A DNA stretch of 64,000 bases from the IMG/VR virus record IMGVR_UViG_3300047673_000554, positions 15,598 through 79,597 of that record. One strand, given 5' to 3'. Positions 1 through 9,496 of this stretch are shown piece after piece. The notes beneath the pieces were generated by a model that did not search any database, was not told where the DNA came from, and worked only from the letters and a program-made list of their open reading frames with translations. A program made the position numbers and the translations under genes. Numbering within the stretch: position 1 is the first letter of the stretch; each line of letters starts with the position of its first letter. Origin of the DNA: a virus.

Positions 1-307
1 CGCCAATGATGGCGGATGTTTGCAGCGCGGCGTCTTCCAGCTTAGGGACGCCGATCGCGACGATCACCGCTTTGGCGCGCACGTAGATCGCCTGGGCGGC
101 TTTGGTGATCGCCGAGTCCGGGCCGAATGCGGCAATGGCTTCGCGCTCGGACGTGAGCAACACCAGCTCGCCGGCCTTGGCCGTACCGCCGCCGAGCAGG
201 CCCGGGGTGAAGGTGTCGCACAGGCCGATGATCGACGACGACGGCAGCGAAATAGTCCGTGCGCCGGTGTCGATCAGCGAGGTGGTGACGCCGTGAAAGA
301 AACTCAT
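1..307 (-). CDS. Phage tail sheath protein (P2 FI-like), N-terminal part; runs off window
   Basis: Own translation from ATG at 307: MSFFHGVTTSLIDTGARTISLPSSSIIGL..., a typical FI sheath N-terminus; absent from the ORF track because it is truncated. Confidence 0.88.
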   Translation of the reverse strand, partial: MSFFHGVTTSLIDTGARTISLPSSSIIGLCDTFTPGLLGGGTAKAGELVLLTSEREAIAAFGPDSAITKAAQAIYVRAKAVIVAIGVPKLEDAALQTSAIIG

Positions 308-385
308 AAGGCTCAATCTCCAGAAACGAAAAAGCCCCGCATAAGCGAGGCTGTCAGGGATGTTTGTGTTACGCGTAACGGAAAA

Positions 386-415
386 GAAAACGCCCCGTCA
401 GTGCGGGGCGTTTAT
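386..415. terminator. Intrinsic terminator-like hairpin after tail fibre chaperone
   Basis: AAAACGCCCCG-TCAGTG-CGGGGCGTTT hairpin with A-tract on left (U-tract on minus strand). Confidence 0.6.
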
Positions 416-975
416 TTGGGTTTGTCGGCGATCCAGCTCGGCGCCACCGGCCGGTCTTTTTGCTCCGGAAACTGACCGGCTTCCGGCCAGTTGCGCAGAG
501 CCTGTCGATAGGCATACAGCTCCGCGCGCTGATCGGCGCTTAGCGGATAATCCGGCATGACCAGATAATCGGTGCTCGCAATTTGCGCATTGCGCCACGC
601 TCGCTCACCCGCTTGCGCCGCTGCAATCTGCGCCGCCTCATCCAGAACCCAATCGCCACCCGCCCACATGTAGAACTGACCCGGCCAGCGTTTAGCGGTC
701 AGTCCTTCGGGCAGATCGCCAAGCTTGGAATACTCCTCCGCGACGCCTGGTTCTTCCGTGCGGAAAACAGCACCGCGATAGTCGGCCAATAGTTGCGGCT
801 TCCCCTCGACCAGCGCCCATACGTGGCCAGCCTCGGGCGGGCTCAGAGGCTTTTCAAGCTGGACGGTATTGCCCGGCAGATACGGGCCAAATCCCGGGAC
901 ATCTGGAAACTCTGACAACTTAAACGGCCCGGTCAGGATGCCCAGCGGGTCGAACACATAGATATTCATTAGCAC
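412..975 (-). CDS. Tail fibre assembly chaperone (Tfa-like / XkdW-like C-terminus)
   Basis: Directly downstream of fibre gene; C-terminal RAWRNAQIASTDY...YRQALRNWP motif. Confidence 0.8.
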   Translation of the reverse strand: MLMNIYVFDPLGILTGPFKLSEFPDVPGFGPYLPGNTVQLEKPLSPPEAGHVWALVEGKPQLLADYRGAVFRTEEPGVAEEYSKLGDLPEGLTAKRWPGQFYMWAGGDWVLDEAAQIAAAQAGERAWRNAQIASTDYLVMPDYPLSADQRAELYAYRQALRNWPEAGQFPEQKDRPVAPSWIADKPK

Positions 976-976
976 C

Positions 977-2740
977 TCAGATCACTTTAATTCTGCCCGG
1001 CCAGGCGATGTTTTTCGGAACCGTCTCAGCACCGCCAGCGGCGCCAGTGCCACCACCGGCCCAGGTGGCATAGGTGATGCTCCCGCCGCCCATCGCCTGC
1101 GTGCCGTAACCGCCGGAACCGACATAGTGGTTGTGACTCTTGAAGTCATCGAGACGATAGCTGCCCCCAGGACGGCCCGGGTCGATCCCGGCAGATTCGT
1201 CAAGATGGCGGATGAATTTACCGCGCGGATCTGGACTACGGAACGTGGTCGCGCCATCGCCCGAGGTCCAACCGCCCTCCATCCCCGCGCGAGCGGCTTC
1301 CGTAGTCAGCATTCCCGACTGTTGAGCGTGGTCCCACAACCATGGCCAATCGGCACGAACAAAGAGGGCATTGCCCAACGGGACGTGCCCCCCTGGATTC
1401 AATACGGTCGTCGTTTCAAGCACGGGCCGCCCGAGTGCCGTACCGTCTAGGCGCGCAATCGGTATCCAGTTGCCCTTGCCATCACTGCGCAAATGCCAAT
1501 AATCCCCGGCCCCCATCAGGTATAAGAATGGATAGCCGGCCGCATTCAGATGGGTATGAAACTTGATTTTGTTGCTGCCGGCCGCCTTGATTGTCAGTCG
1601 GTTGCTGGTGTTATCGACCCGTCGCACCACCACACTACGAACGCCCAGCGCTGAGTTGGCATCGGGCAGATCAACCGTCAACGCCCCCGCGCTGGCATCA
1701 ATCAGGACAAGCCCCAACTCGTTCGCCACCAGGGGCCTTGAGGTGTTGACCTCCACCAAAGGGACTTGGCTCGTCCCGTTAATCAAGTCGAGCGTTTCAG
1801 TTTTGGTGAAGGCGTCCGTGATCGCATAACCGGCCAGCGTGGTCGGGTTGGTCCCACCCACCACCCGACCGTATTTGTCCACGGTCACACTGCGGTAGGT
1901 GCCGGCATTGATACCGGTGCGCCCGGCCGCCATTTCAAACAGCAGATCCGTCACGCCCAGGACAATCGGCGCATCCGTCACCAGTTGCCAAATGCTGTCG
2001 CCGTTGATGGTGCCGCGCTCGACATGCACAAACAGCCCGGGCGTCACTTCCAGACTGCTGTCGGCATCCGCGCTACGCGCCCACACACCCGCAGCCGCCA
2101 CGTAAAGGCCGTTGTCTTTGGCCACGGCCTGGTTTTTCACCAACACGCGATCACCGGCAACCAGGGCGACCCCGTCAATGGTCTGAAGGCCGATCAGCAC
2201 CACAGGGGCGGTGGTCGCCACCCGTACCGAGTGCTTAAAGTCCAGCTTGCCCAGCTCCTCCAGCACCTTTTGATCGACGTACTCACGTGTTGCCAACACC
2301 ACCGATGGATCGATTTTTAACTGAATGTTCGCGGTGCCGCTGGTGACGATGTGCATGCGTACCACTTGGTTACGCCCTGAGCCTTGCGCCAGCAAGGGCT
2401 TGTAACTCGGCGCGGCGTTGGCCACCGCCGAAAACACCCCATCCTTGTCTTCCAGCGCCAGCTCACGAATCCACCAGCCGCCCACGTCCGGCGGCAACAC
2501 CAGCTCGGCGATCAACACATTGTCGTCGGTGGGAGAGACGCGCAGCTGATTGAGCTGCGCGCGATAGACCTGATTGACCAGCTTGGTTTGCGATGCACTG
2601 GGCACCGGATCGGTGCCGTTCGCATCACCGATCAACATGTAACGCGGCTCCCAAGGGATACCCAGCGCGTCGCAGTTGGTTTTTTTGGCGGCCCCCTGAG
2701 TCGTGAGCATGCCGCCGAAAATAGAGTTTTTATCAACCAT
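977..2740 (-). CDS. Tail fibre protein (P2 gpH-like N-terminus, collar domain)
   Basis: N-terminal GDANG...GGWWIRELAL...SYKP (DUF3751-type); C-terminal collar PDPRGKFIR and ETVPKNIAW; start taken at MVDKN. Confidence 0.9.
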   Translation of the reverse strand: MVDKNSIFGGMLTTQGAAKKTNCDALGIPWEPRYMLIGDANGTDPVPSASQTKLVNQVYRAQLNQLRVSPTDDNVLIAELVLPPDVGGWWIRELALEDKDGVFSAVANAAPSYKPLLAQGSGRNQVVRMHIVTSGTANIQLKIDPSVVLATREYVDQKVLEELGKLDFKHSVRVATTAPVVLIGLQTIDGVALVAGDRVLVKNQAVAKDNGLYVAAAGVWARSADADSSLEVTPGLFVHVERGTINGDSIWQLVTDAPIVLGVTDLLFEMAAGRTGINAGTYRSVTVDKYGRVVGGTNPTTLAGYAITDAFTKTETLDLINGTSQVPLVEVNTSRPLVANELGLVLIDASAGALTVDLPDANSALGVRSVVVRRVDNTSNRLTIKAAGSNKIKFHTHLNAAGYPFLYLMGAGDYWHLRSDGKGNWIPIARLDGTALGRPVLETTTVLNPGGHVPLGNALFVRADWPWLWDHAQQSGMLTTEAARAGMEGGWTSGDGATTFRSPDPRGKFIRHLDESAGIDPGRPGGSYRLDDFKSHNHYVGSGGYGTQAMGGGSITYATWAGGGTGAAGGAETVPKNIAWPGRIKVI

Positions 2741-3344
2741 GTGGGTACACATCCAATTCGTCGAGGTTGTATTCGCTAACGCCGTGGCAGCCCTGAATCA
2801 CCACGTCCAAATCGGGATTGTTCCAGGGGTAAACATCGATCTCGTCGCCGTCATACACAGCGAAGCCGACATAGGCGTTCAATCGGGTTTCCAGCGTGAT
2901 ATCGAGACCGGTCAAATGCCGGGTCACGGGCTTGGCGTCGTCGATCAGGCGCTCCAGCTCCTGATACATGTCTTCGGTGATCCCGGTGTCCAGCACACCG
3001 ACCTTCAGCGCAAAGGTGCCCGGCGGCCCTTCGGGGACGGTGTTGAACCACTCAATGATTTCGACCAGATAGCCTAGGGGCTCGACCACCCGGCGCAACG
3101 CACCGATGGTGCCCTTGCGGGCATGGATGTAATACGACGCCTTGATCGCCGCGCGCTTGGTCGCCTCCGACCACCGATAGTCCCAGCGATCGACCGACCA
3201 CGCCCATGCCAAATGCGGCAGCAGATGGACCGGACAGGTGTCGGGGTTGTACAGGGTGCGCAGCGGGACAATGGTTCGCTCGTAGAAAGCCGCCTCCAGA
3301 GCGCGCTCCAGTTGCGTGCTATTGCTTGGCAGCAGGCTTTTCAT
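2733..3344 (-). CDS. Phage tail protein I (P2 gpI-like)
   Basis: LLPSNSTQLERAL...LPHLAWAWSVDRW...HARKGTIGALRR. Confidence 0.92.
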   Translation of the reverse strand: MKSLLPSNSTQLERALEAAFYERTIVPLRTLYNPDTCPVHLLPHLAWAWSVDRWDYRWSEATKRAAIKASYYIHARKGTIGALRRVVEPLGYLVEIIEWFNTVPEGPPGTFALKVGVLDTGITEDMYQELERLIDDAKPVTRHLTGLDITLETRLNAYVGFAVYDGDEIDVYPWNNPDLDVVIQGCHGVSEYNLDELDVYPHG

Positions 3345-4228
3345 GTCGCCCCCGCCAGCTTCACCTCATAGCCGGTACACCATGCCGCCTGAGCCTTGCT
3401 CGGCGCCAAGTCCACCCAGCCGATCAGCTCAACCCGGGACACACCGGCGACGTGCAATTGCGCATCCACCGCCGAGCGTGCGACTTCGACACCCAAGCGC
3501 TTGCGCGGATTGATCCACTTTGCCAAGCGGTTGATGGCTTCGGCCAAACTGGCGTCCCCCTCAGGCCCGGCGCCGTTCATGTGCAAAAGGGCGTTAATGC
3601 GATAGTCGATAATCTGCGCACCCTGCACCGTCACCCGATCGCCCAGCGGGCGCACGTCTTCATCACTCAAGCCCGCTTCGACGGTAGCCAGCAGCGCGGG
3701 ACTGGCCTCGCCGCGCCCCTCGGAACTCAGCACCGTTACCGTAACGCAGCAAGGCTTCGGGCTTTCCGCCGAGGCATCCATCACCAACCCCGAGGCGTTA
3801 CGGGCGTGCAGAATGTAGCTGACACGCGGCCCGGCCGTGGTCAGCCCCTCAAACGCCAACTGGATGCGCTCGCGAAACGGGTCGTCCAGCTCCTTGACCT
3901 CGGCCACCGGCGGCACCGCCGCTAGGTCCGCCGCCTGGATTACCAGGCGCTTGAGGTTGTAGTTCGCGCCCAACTGATCGAGGTCCGGGCCGATCGCGTG
4001 AGCCAGTAACAGCGCCTTGGCGGCGTCATTGACCCGGGCACGGTTACCGACCTTCTGATAGGCCCCCACCTCCAGCACCTTCACCACCGGATCGCTCTCA
4101 ATTGCCGCGCTCCAGTTGTCGCCCATGTAGCCGCGAAACGTGCCCAGGGCTTCGTCATAGGTGACTTCGAAGTCCAACGGTTCCAGCACGTCCGGCGCCG
4201 GCAACGCCGACAGATCCACGATGCTCAT
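3341..4228 (-). CDS. Baseplate J-like protein
   Basis: DLSALPAPDVLEPLDFE...LDQLGANY...TTAGP motifs; position. Confidence 0.92.
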   Translation of the reverse strand: MSIVDLSALPAPDVLEPLDFEVTYDEALGTFRGYMGDNWSAAIESDPVVKVLEVGAYQKVGNRARVNDAAKALLLAHAIGPDLDQLGANYNLKRLVIQAADLAAVPPVAEVKELDDPFRERIQLAFEGLTTAGPRVSYILHARNASGLVMDASAESPKPCCVTVTVLSSEGRGEASPALLATVEAGLSDEDVRPLGDRVTVQGAQIIDYRINALLHMNGAGPEGDASLAEAINRLAKWINPRKRLGVEVARSAVDAQLHVAGVSRVELIGWVDLAPSKAQAAWCTGYEVKLAGAT

Positions 4229-4551
4229 ACGCTCACCTCAAACAGAAAACGGTCGCCGAGGTACTCGCCGGCAATGCTCAGATTGATTTGCCCGCCCAGC
4301 ACCGAGAGCGCGCGGACGCGCTCCAGCTTGACGCGCGGCTCCCACCGCCCGATCGCGCAGACCGCCTCGGCTTGCACCGAACTTTTCCAGCCTTCGTTAA
4401 TCGGCATGTCGACGTACAAGGGGATCTTGCTGCCGTACTCCGGCCGCTGCCGGCGACTGCCCAGGCGCGTGCCCAAGATGTCGGCAATGGACTGCCGCAC
4501 ATGCTCGATGCCGGAGATGGGTTGGCCGGTGTGGCGGTCCATTCCGATCAT
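4225..4551 (-). CDS. Baseplate wedge protein (P2 gpW/gp25-like)
   Basis: HVRQSIADIL...RPEYGS...WEPRV. Confidence 0.9.
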   Translation of the reverse strand: MIGMDRHTGQPISGIEHVRQSIADILGTRLGSRRQRPEYGSKIPLYVDMPINEGWKSSVQAEAVCAIGRWEPRVKLERVRALSVLGGQINLSIAGEYLGDRFLFEVSV

Positions 4552-4556
4552 CTAAC

Positions 4557-4793
4557 TCACTCCAGCGGTTCGAACTCTTGATGGGTCTTCAGGTAACGAA
4601 CGGCCGGCTCGTCTGAAACAGATACTTCGACGCAGCCTCTGGCTACCGGCAACGTCCGTCCCGATTCGGGAAGGACCAAGGTGCGCGACGTGTACACCCG
4701 GTCGCGAAATTTCATCGTCAGATCCGCCGCCCGTTGCGGCTGCGGCTGCGGCTGCGGCTGCTCAATACTGAGCACATCGTTTGTCTTCGCCAT
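4557..4793 (-). CDS. Small hypothetical phage protein with QP repeat
   Basis: ORF between gpV and gpW with GGAG SD; (TGCGGC)n encodes QPQPQP. Confidence 0.6.
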   Translation of the reverse strand: MAKTNDVLSIEQPQPQPQPQRAADLTMKFRDRVYTSRTLVLPESGRTLPVARGCVEVSVSDEPAVRYLKTHQEFEPLE

Positions 4794-4847
4794 GATTTCT
4801 CCAGGCATGAAAAAGCCCGCACTCGGCGGGCTTGGATGAGTTAGTGA

Positions 4848-5453
4848 TTAGTGCGAGTGATGGTTGCTGTTACCTGTGGCGTCGAGAATCGAGGCGTCAC
4901 TGGTGATGTCCTGCGTGACGTGTAACGGCCCGTCGATCGCCACTGCGCCCACCAACTTGATAGCCGCTGCTTTGACCGTCGCCGAACCCGGCGTCAGCGC
5001 CACCTCAGTGCCTCCGACCTTGGCCGTCACGGCGGCATCCGTAACGACGACCTCGGTGCTACCGACCTTGATGGTGACGGTGCCGGTGGGCAGGGTGATG
5101 GTGTAGCTCTTGGCCTGCCAGTCATAGACTAATGAACCGCCGTCGTCGAAACGCCACACCTCCACATGGTCGCGGTTATCCGGCGGCGCGCCGGCATTGC
5201 CGTACAGCCCCGGGATAAAGGTGCCCATGCCGGCCTGACCACTGGGGTTGAACAGCACCCCCTGCTCGCCCAGGCTCGGCGCCCGCCAATGCCGCGCCTT
5301 ACCCGCCGCGAGGCTGTGCCAGCGCACCCAGGCGCTTGTCCACTCGCCATTCGACACTCGCACCGCCGGCCCCGTCAGATCCACCCCGACCACCGCGCAG
5401 GGCATCAGCATGGCCGCGATCATGCGGTCATGCTCGGCACTGGCGTAACTCAC
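4848..5453 (-). CDS. Baseplate spike protein V
   Basis: [16 protein letters not shown]-terminal HHSH metal-binding tip. Confidence 0.92.
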   Translation of the reverse strand: MSYASAEHDRMIAAMLMPCAVVGVDLTGPAVRVSNGEWTSAWVRWHSLAAGKARHWRAPSLGEQGVLFNPSGQAGMGTFIPGLYGNAGAPPDNRDHVEVWRFDDGGSLVYDWQAKSYTITLPTGTVTIKVGSTEVVVTDAAVTAKVGGTEVALTPGSATVKAAAIKLVGAVAIDGPLHVTQDITSDASILDATGNSNHHSH

Positions 5454-5959
5454 AGATCCTCCGGATTGAAAGGCCCATCGCCCGATTCAACGTCGAATAC
5501 CAGCGAGCCCGGCGGCTCATTCGGCCAGGGCCACTCCTCAACACCCAGGTAGAGTTGGTGAGTCCATTCCACTAACCAGACCACGTAGCCATCCAGCTCC
5601 GGCTTGGTCCAGTCCTGCATCGCCTGGCCAAACTCGGCGGGCTCTACCTCAAGCCCCCACGTTTGCAGTCGTAACAACACAGCCAATTGGGCTGCAAGGT
5701 ACGCGGCTTGCTGCAAATGCTGTGGTCGTATCGGGTCGACAATAATCCGCGCTTCGAACTTGCAAACCAGAGTGGTTTGCCCCGTTCCAATGTCGACACC
5801 AGGTTCCATCTCAGCCAGCTCGATGAACACCGCCGGTAGTGCAATGCGATCCTTGATGTTGGGCCACGCCGTCACCGCTTGAACGCCCGGCAGATGATCC
5901 TTCAGGTTCTGTTCTATTGCCCGGTAGAGCTGGTCGAGACTAAAAGGCTCGTCAGACAT
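5450..5959 (-). CDS. Tail completion/terminator-like protein
   Basis: Position between head-tail connector genes and gpV; PAVFIEL motif. Confidence 0.55.
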   Translation of the reverse strand: MSDEPFSLDQLYRAIEQNLKDHLPGVQAVTAWPNIKDRIALPAVFIELAEMEPGVDIGTGQTTLVCKFEARIIVDPIRPQHLQQAAYLAAQLAVLLRLQTWGLEVEPAEFGQAMQDWTKPELDGYVVWLVEWTHQLYLGVEEWPWPNEPPGSLVFDVESGDGPFNPEDL

Positions 5960-6617
5960 TCGCCGTCCCCTTCAAATACTTTTGCAGCTCAAAGTTGAAT
6001 TCCTGCCGCAGGATTTCCAGCAGGCGCGCATCAGCGCGTTTAACCCAACTGTCGAAGTGCGGCTGGGCTTGTTCCAGTGACACCTTGGCTTTGGCCAGCG
6101 GAAAGCGATCGCCGTTTTCCGCCACCCACCCCGAACTGGGTCCACCGCCGGACGACACGGTGCTGTCGGGATAGTGATCCGCATTGAAGTGCTTGCTCGC
6201 GGTACGAATCCAGATATCGGGTTTGTTGCCGTAGACCTTCTTGAGAAAGGCGCCCTGGTAACGCCGGCCGGCCACCGACACGCCAGTGCCAGACTGCCGT
6301 GCCCGGCCGATACGACTGGACTCGATGGCATTCAAACCGAACCACAACTTGCCACTGGTGGCCCCGCCGGAGACCGGGTAGCTGCGCAAGCGCTGACGAA
6401 CCGCCGCCACGGCAATGCGTTCCTGCCGACTTACGGCCCGGGCAATGTGCGTGCGCAGCCAACCTAGCGTTTTGTTGATCGCCCGACGTTGGGCGGCGGC
6501 GGCCGCCTTGGGCACCAGCTTGGCGAAGTCCTGGAACGCTTTCAGGTCCGCCATCGAGGACTGGATGGAAATCATCCCACCACCGGCCGAGGGCTTGAAG
6601 TGACTGCCGACACTCAT
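5952..6617 (-). CDS. Minor tail protein (lambda gpZ-like)
   Basis: RRAINKT...AF motif and position after head closure gene. Confidence 0.6.
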   Translation of the reverse strand: MSVGSHFKPSAGGGMISIQSSMADLKAFQDFAKLVPKAAAAAQRRAINKTLGWLRTHIARAVSRQERIAVAAVRQRLRSYPVSGGATSGKLWFGLNAIESSRIGRARQSGTGVSVAGRRYQGAFLKKVYGNKPDIWIRTASKHFNADHYPDSTVSSGGGPSSGWVAENGDRFPLAKAKVSLEQAQPHFDSWVKRADARLLEILRQEFNFELQKYLKGTANV

Positions 6618-6934
6618 GGGCGCATCCTCAGAATCAAGGCGACCAGACCGTCACCGCTCGGCTCCAGCTGCAACAGGTCGTAATCGCCACCGCCATCCAG
6701 CGCGGGCAGATCGATGCTGACCAGCATGCCCTGCTCCATGCCGTGCGAATCGCTGACGCGGATCTCGAACCGCGGCTCACGCAAACCGGTGTTCAGCTTG
6801 CCGAACTTGGGCTGCAACCACGGAGCGGCGAACATACCCAACACCGGTTCTTCGCGACCCTCGATCCGTGCGGTATCGCCCAGCGTTTCGAACACCACTG
6901 CGTCCACCTCGGCAATTAGATCGCGAAAGCTCAT
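6614..6934 (-). CDS. Head-tail joining protein
   Basis: Directly after major capsid gene; 106 aa, DG..LIL C-terminus. Confidence 0.65.
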   Translation of the reverse strand: MSFRDLIAEVDAVVFETLGDTARIEGREEPVLGMFAAPWLQPKFGKLNTGLREPRFEIRVSDSHGMEQGMLVSIDLPALDGGGDYDLLQLEPSGDGLVALILRMRP

Positions 6935-6936
6935 GG

Positions 6937-7932
6937 TCAGAGCTCCAGCAGGATCTGGGCGCGCGGCCGGGTGCACAAGTGCAGCGGGTTGGACTGGGCT
7001 TCGCCGGCCATGCCCTTGCCGAACTGCATCGGCTCAATCTTGCTGTAATACGGAATGCCTTGGGTGTTAACCGTTTCCATGTAGTCAGCCGGTGCGAACA
7101 CTGAGATGTACAGATCAGGAACACCTTCAGGAACCAGCAGCGCCTTATCGTCGTGGACGAAAGAGACGCCCGCAACTTTGCCACGGTAGCGCTCCCAGAT
7201 GATGCCGCCGAACTCGAAGCTTTCCCGGGCATCACCACGCAACGCCGCTGCCTGTTGGCTGTTGAGGTAAGTCTCTTTGACCGAATCGTGAACGATCAGA
7301 CTGTTCCAGAAATGCTTGCCGCAGAACGCGCGGGAACCCGTGCTGGTGACGGCACCGAGTGCGTCCTCCTGCATGTCCAGCGCTTCGACACATTGAACAC
7401 GCAGCTCGGTGTTGGGGTCCGTCAGGCCCATGGAGAGCTTCTGACGCTCCACACCGAAACGATCATAGAGGTTCAACAGCACCGTCGAACCGTCGGCATC
7501 AAGGATCACGCCATTGAGTGCGCCCATGCGCTGAAACTCGTGGGTTGCGTCCAACTGGCGGCGCGCTTTGGCCAGGCGGGCATTGACCACATCTTGCACG
7601 GCCTGCAACTCGGTGCGGGTACCGAAGGCGCGAATGCCCTGGATCTCGTCGGCCTTGATGGTGAAGCGTTCCGGCAGGTGCACGGTGTTGAAGGGAATCA
7701 GGTTGCGCTTGCTGGCGGCGACCACCAGACCAGAGCCACCGCGCTCACCGGCCGGCACCAGCGCCAGGGTGTCGCCGTCCTTTTCGATCTGTACGGTCAG
7801 GGTGTTGATCCCTTCCTCGCGAAACAGGCCCAGGGCGCTGATACGGCCCGGCAGGTAGGGTTGATCGTTGAGTGCAGCAGTCAGCGCGGTAACGGTAAAC
7901 GCTTCGTCGTCAAAAATGGCGATCTCGGCCAT
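6937..7932 (-). CDS. Major capsid protein (lambda gpE family)
   Basis: Follows gpD-like gene; FAPADYMETVNT.G.P.Y and QSNPLHLCTRP. Confidence 0.9.
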   Translation of the reverse strand: MAEIAIFDDEAFTVTALTAALNDQPYLPGRISALGLFREEGINTLTVQIEKDGDTLALVPAGERGGSGLVVAASKRNLIPFNTVHLPERFTIKADEIQGIRAFGTRTELQAVQDVVNARLAKARRQLDATHEFQRMGALNGVILDADGSTVLLNLYDRFGVERQKLSMGLTDPNTELRVQCVEALDMQEDALGAVTSTGSRAFCGKHFWNSLIVHDSVKETYLNSQQAAALRGDARESFEFGGIIWERYRGKVAGVSFVHDDKALLVPEGVPDLYISVFAPADYMETVNTQGIPYYSKIEPMQFGKGMAGEAQSNPLHLCTRPRAQILLEL

Positions 7933-7994
7933 GGGTACTCTCCAGAAATTGAAAAGCCCGCTCAAGGCGGGCTGGGTAAACGTGACTAAAGGTC

Positions 7995-8339
7995 CTAGCG
8001 GACGATCAGGAAATGGGCGGCCAGGTCTTTCTCGGCCTCAGGGTCCAGTCCGGTCAGGTGTACTTCGCTGACCTCCGCCAGTCGCACCACGGCGCGCCCC
8101 CGGCGCACGATGTCCGACGCCCCCAGTGGCCCGAAGAGAATCGCCACAGCAGTCTGGGTGCCGTCTTCAGCGGTCGGGTGGTACGGCGCGAATTCACGCG
8201 TCGCGGTCACCAGCCCCAGGACTTGCCCTGGGTACAGCGCTGGACCTGCCGCAACGTTGATCGATTCCCGCGAAATGTTCCCCGCCCCTTCAGACAGAAG
8301 AAACTCACCCGCGTGGATCGGCTCTTTTTTGATGGTCAT
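7995..8339 (-). CDS. Head decoration protein D
   Basis: EFLLSE...SRE...GQVLG...DGTQTAVAIL. Confidence 0.85.
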   Translation of the reverse strand: MTIKKEPIHAGEFLLSEGAGNISRESINVAAGPALYPGQVLGLVTATREFAPYHPTAEDGTQTAVAILFGPLGASDIVRRGRAVVRLAEVSEVHLTGLDPEAEKDLAAHFLIVR

Positions 8340-9496
8340 GGTCTTGCTCCTTTCGCGCCGCGCGCAGTTCCAGATTGGGCCGCTTGACGCGAAGCCCAGA
8401 TCGAGGTGGGATCAGGTTGTTTGGCCAGCACCTTGGGGGCTGGGTCGTCATCCAGCGGCAGACTGTTATCGATTTCGAAGCCCTTGCCGCTGGTGACAAT
8501 TTTGTCGAACAGACGCGCCCGAACTGCTGCAGCATCCAACCCCGCCGCAACGTATTCAGCGCTGAACTCCGGTAAACGAGCCGCCACGCAGAGATCATTC
8601 ACGGCCTTGGCACGTGCCAACCCGGCCAAGACGATCTCTTCGCTTTCGAGCTGGGTCGAACTGAGCAACGGCTCGACCAGATTGGAGATGCCCGCCGCCG
8701 TGCAGCGCTGGGAGATCATCAGTGCCAACTTGGCCGAATCGACCACCGGCGGCACCAATGGCGGATCGACCGGATCCAGCTCCAGATCCGGATCCGCTTC
8801 CGGTGGCTCGTCGAGCTGGGCCAACAACTCAGCCGGCGTATGCTGGTAACGCTGCAACACACCACCTTGGCCAAGGCAGGCATTGACCTTAATGCCGTCG
8901 CCGACTTCATCGGCCAAGCCCAAGGCCACGGCCTCATTCGCGGTGAGCCAGGTTTCAGCGGCAACCAGCCGTCGCAGTTCGACCTCATCGATTTCCGGCG
9001 CCTTCGCTTTGTAGGCTGCGATGATCGCCTCCATCGTCTGGTCGAGCGCATCGGCCACCTTGCGGAAGTCTTCGGCATCCCCGGTGGCGTAGGTCCAGGG
9101 GTTGTGAATCATCAACATGGCATTGGCCGCAATCACAACCTTATGCGCGCCGCACACCGCCACGCTGGCGGCACTGGCGGCCAGCGCATCAACACGACCG
9201 GTGCAACGCTCAGCCAGACGCGACAACGCGTTGTGCATAGCCAGCCCGTCGAACAAATCGCCGCCGATGCTGTTGAACGCCGCGATCACCGGCGATACAC
9301 CGTCATCCATGGCCCGCAGGTCTTGCACGAACTGATTGGCCGTAATGCCCCAGGTACCGATCTCGCCATAGACAAAGACCTCAATCACCCGCTCGGCAGC
9401 TTCGCCGCTGGCCTGCACGGCATACCAGGTTTTGTCCTGAACCGGCACACGCTGGCCGGCGCGGTTGTAAATGCGCGGTCGCGCTTTTTTGCTCAT
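8336..9496 (-). CDS. ClpP-like prohead protease/scaffold
   Basis: YGEIG, NSIGGDLF, AASAAS, MIHNPW, ETWLTA. Confidence 0.92.
   Translation of the reverse strand: MSKKARPRIYNRAGQRVPVQDKTWYAVQASGEAAERVIEVFVYGEIGTWGITANQFVQDLRAMDDGVSPVIAAFNSIGGDLFDGLAMHNALSRLAERCTGRVDALAASAASVAVCGAHKVVIAANAMLMIHNPWTYATGDAEDFRKVADALDQTMEAIIAAYKAKAPEIDEVELRRLVAAETWLTANEAVALGLADEVGDGIKVNACLGQGGVLQRYQHTPAELLAQLDEPPEADPDLELDPVDPPLVPPVVDSAKLALMISQRCTAAGISNLVEPLLSSTQLESEEIVLAGLARAKAVNDLCVAARLPEFSAEYVAAGLDAAAVRARLFDKIVTSGKGFEIDNSLPLDDDPAPKVLAKQPDPTSIWASRQAAQSGTARGAKGARP

Noticed and set aside
4735-4762. (TGCGGC)n microsatellite
   Set aside because: In-frame hexamer encoding a QP linker; no frame switching
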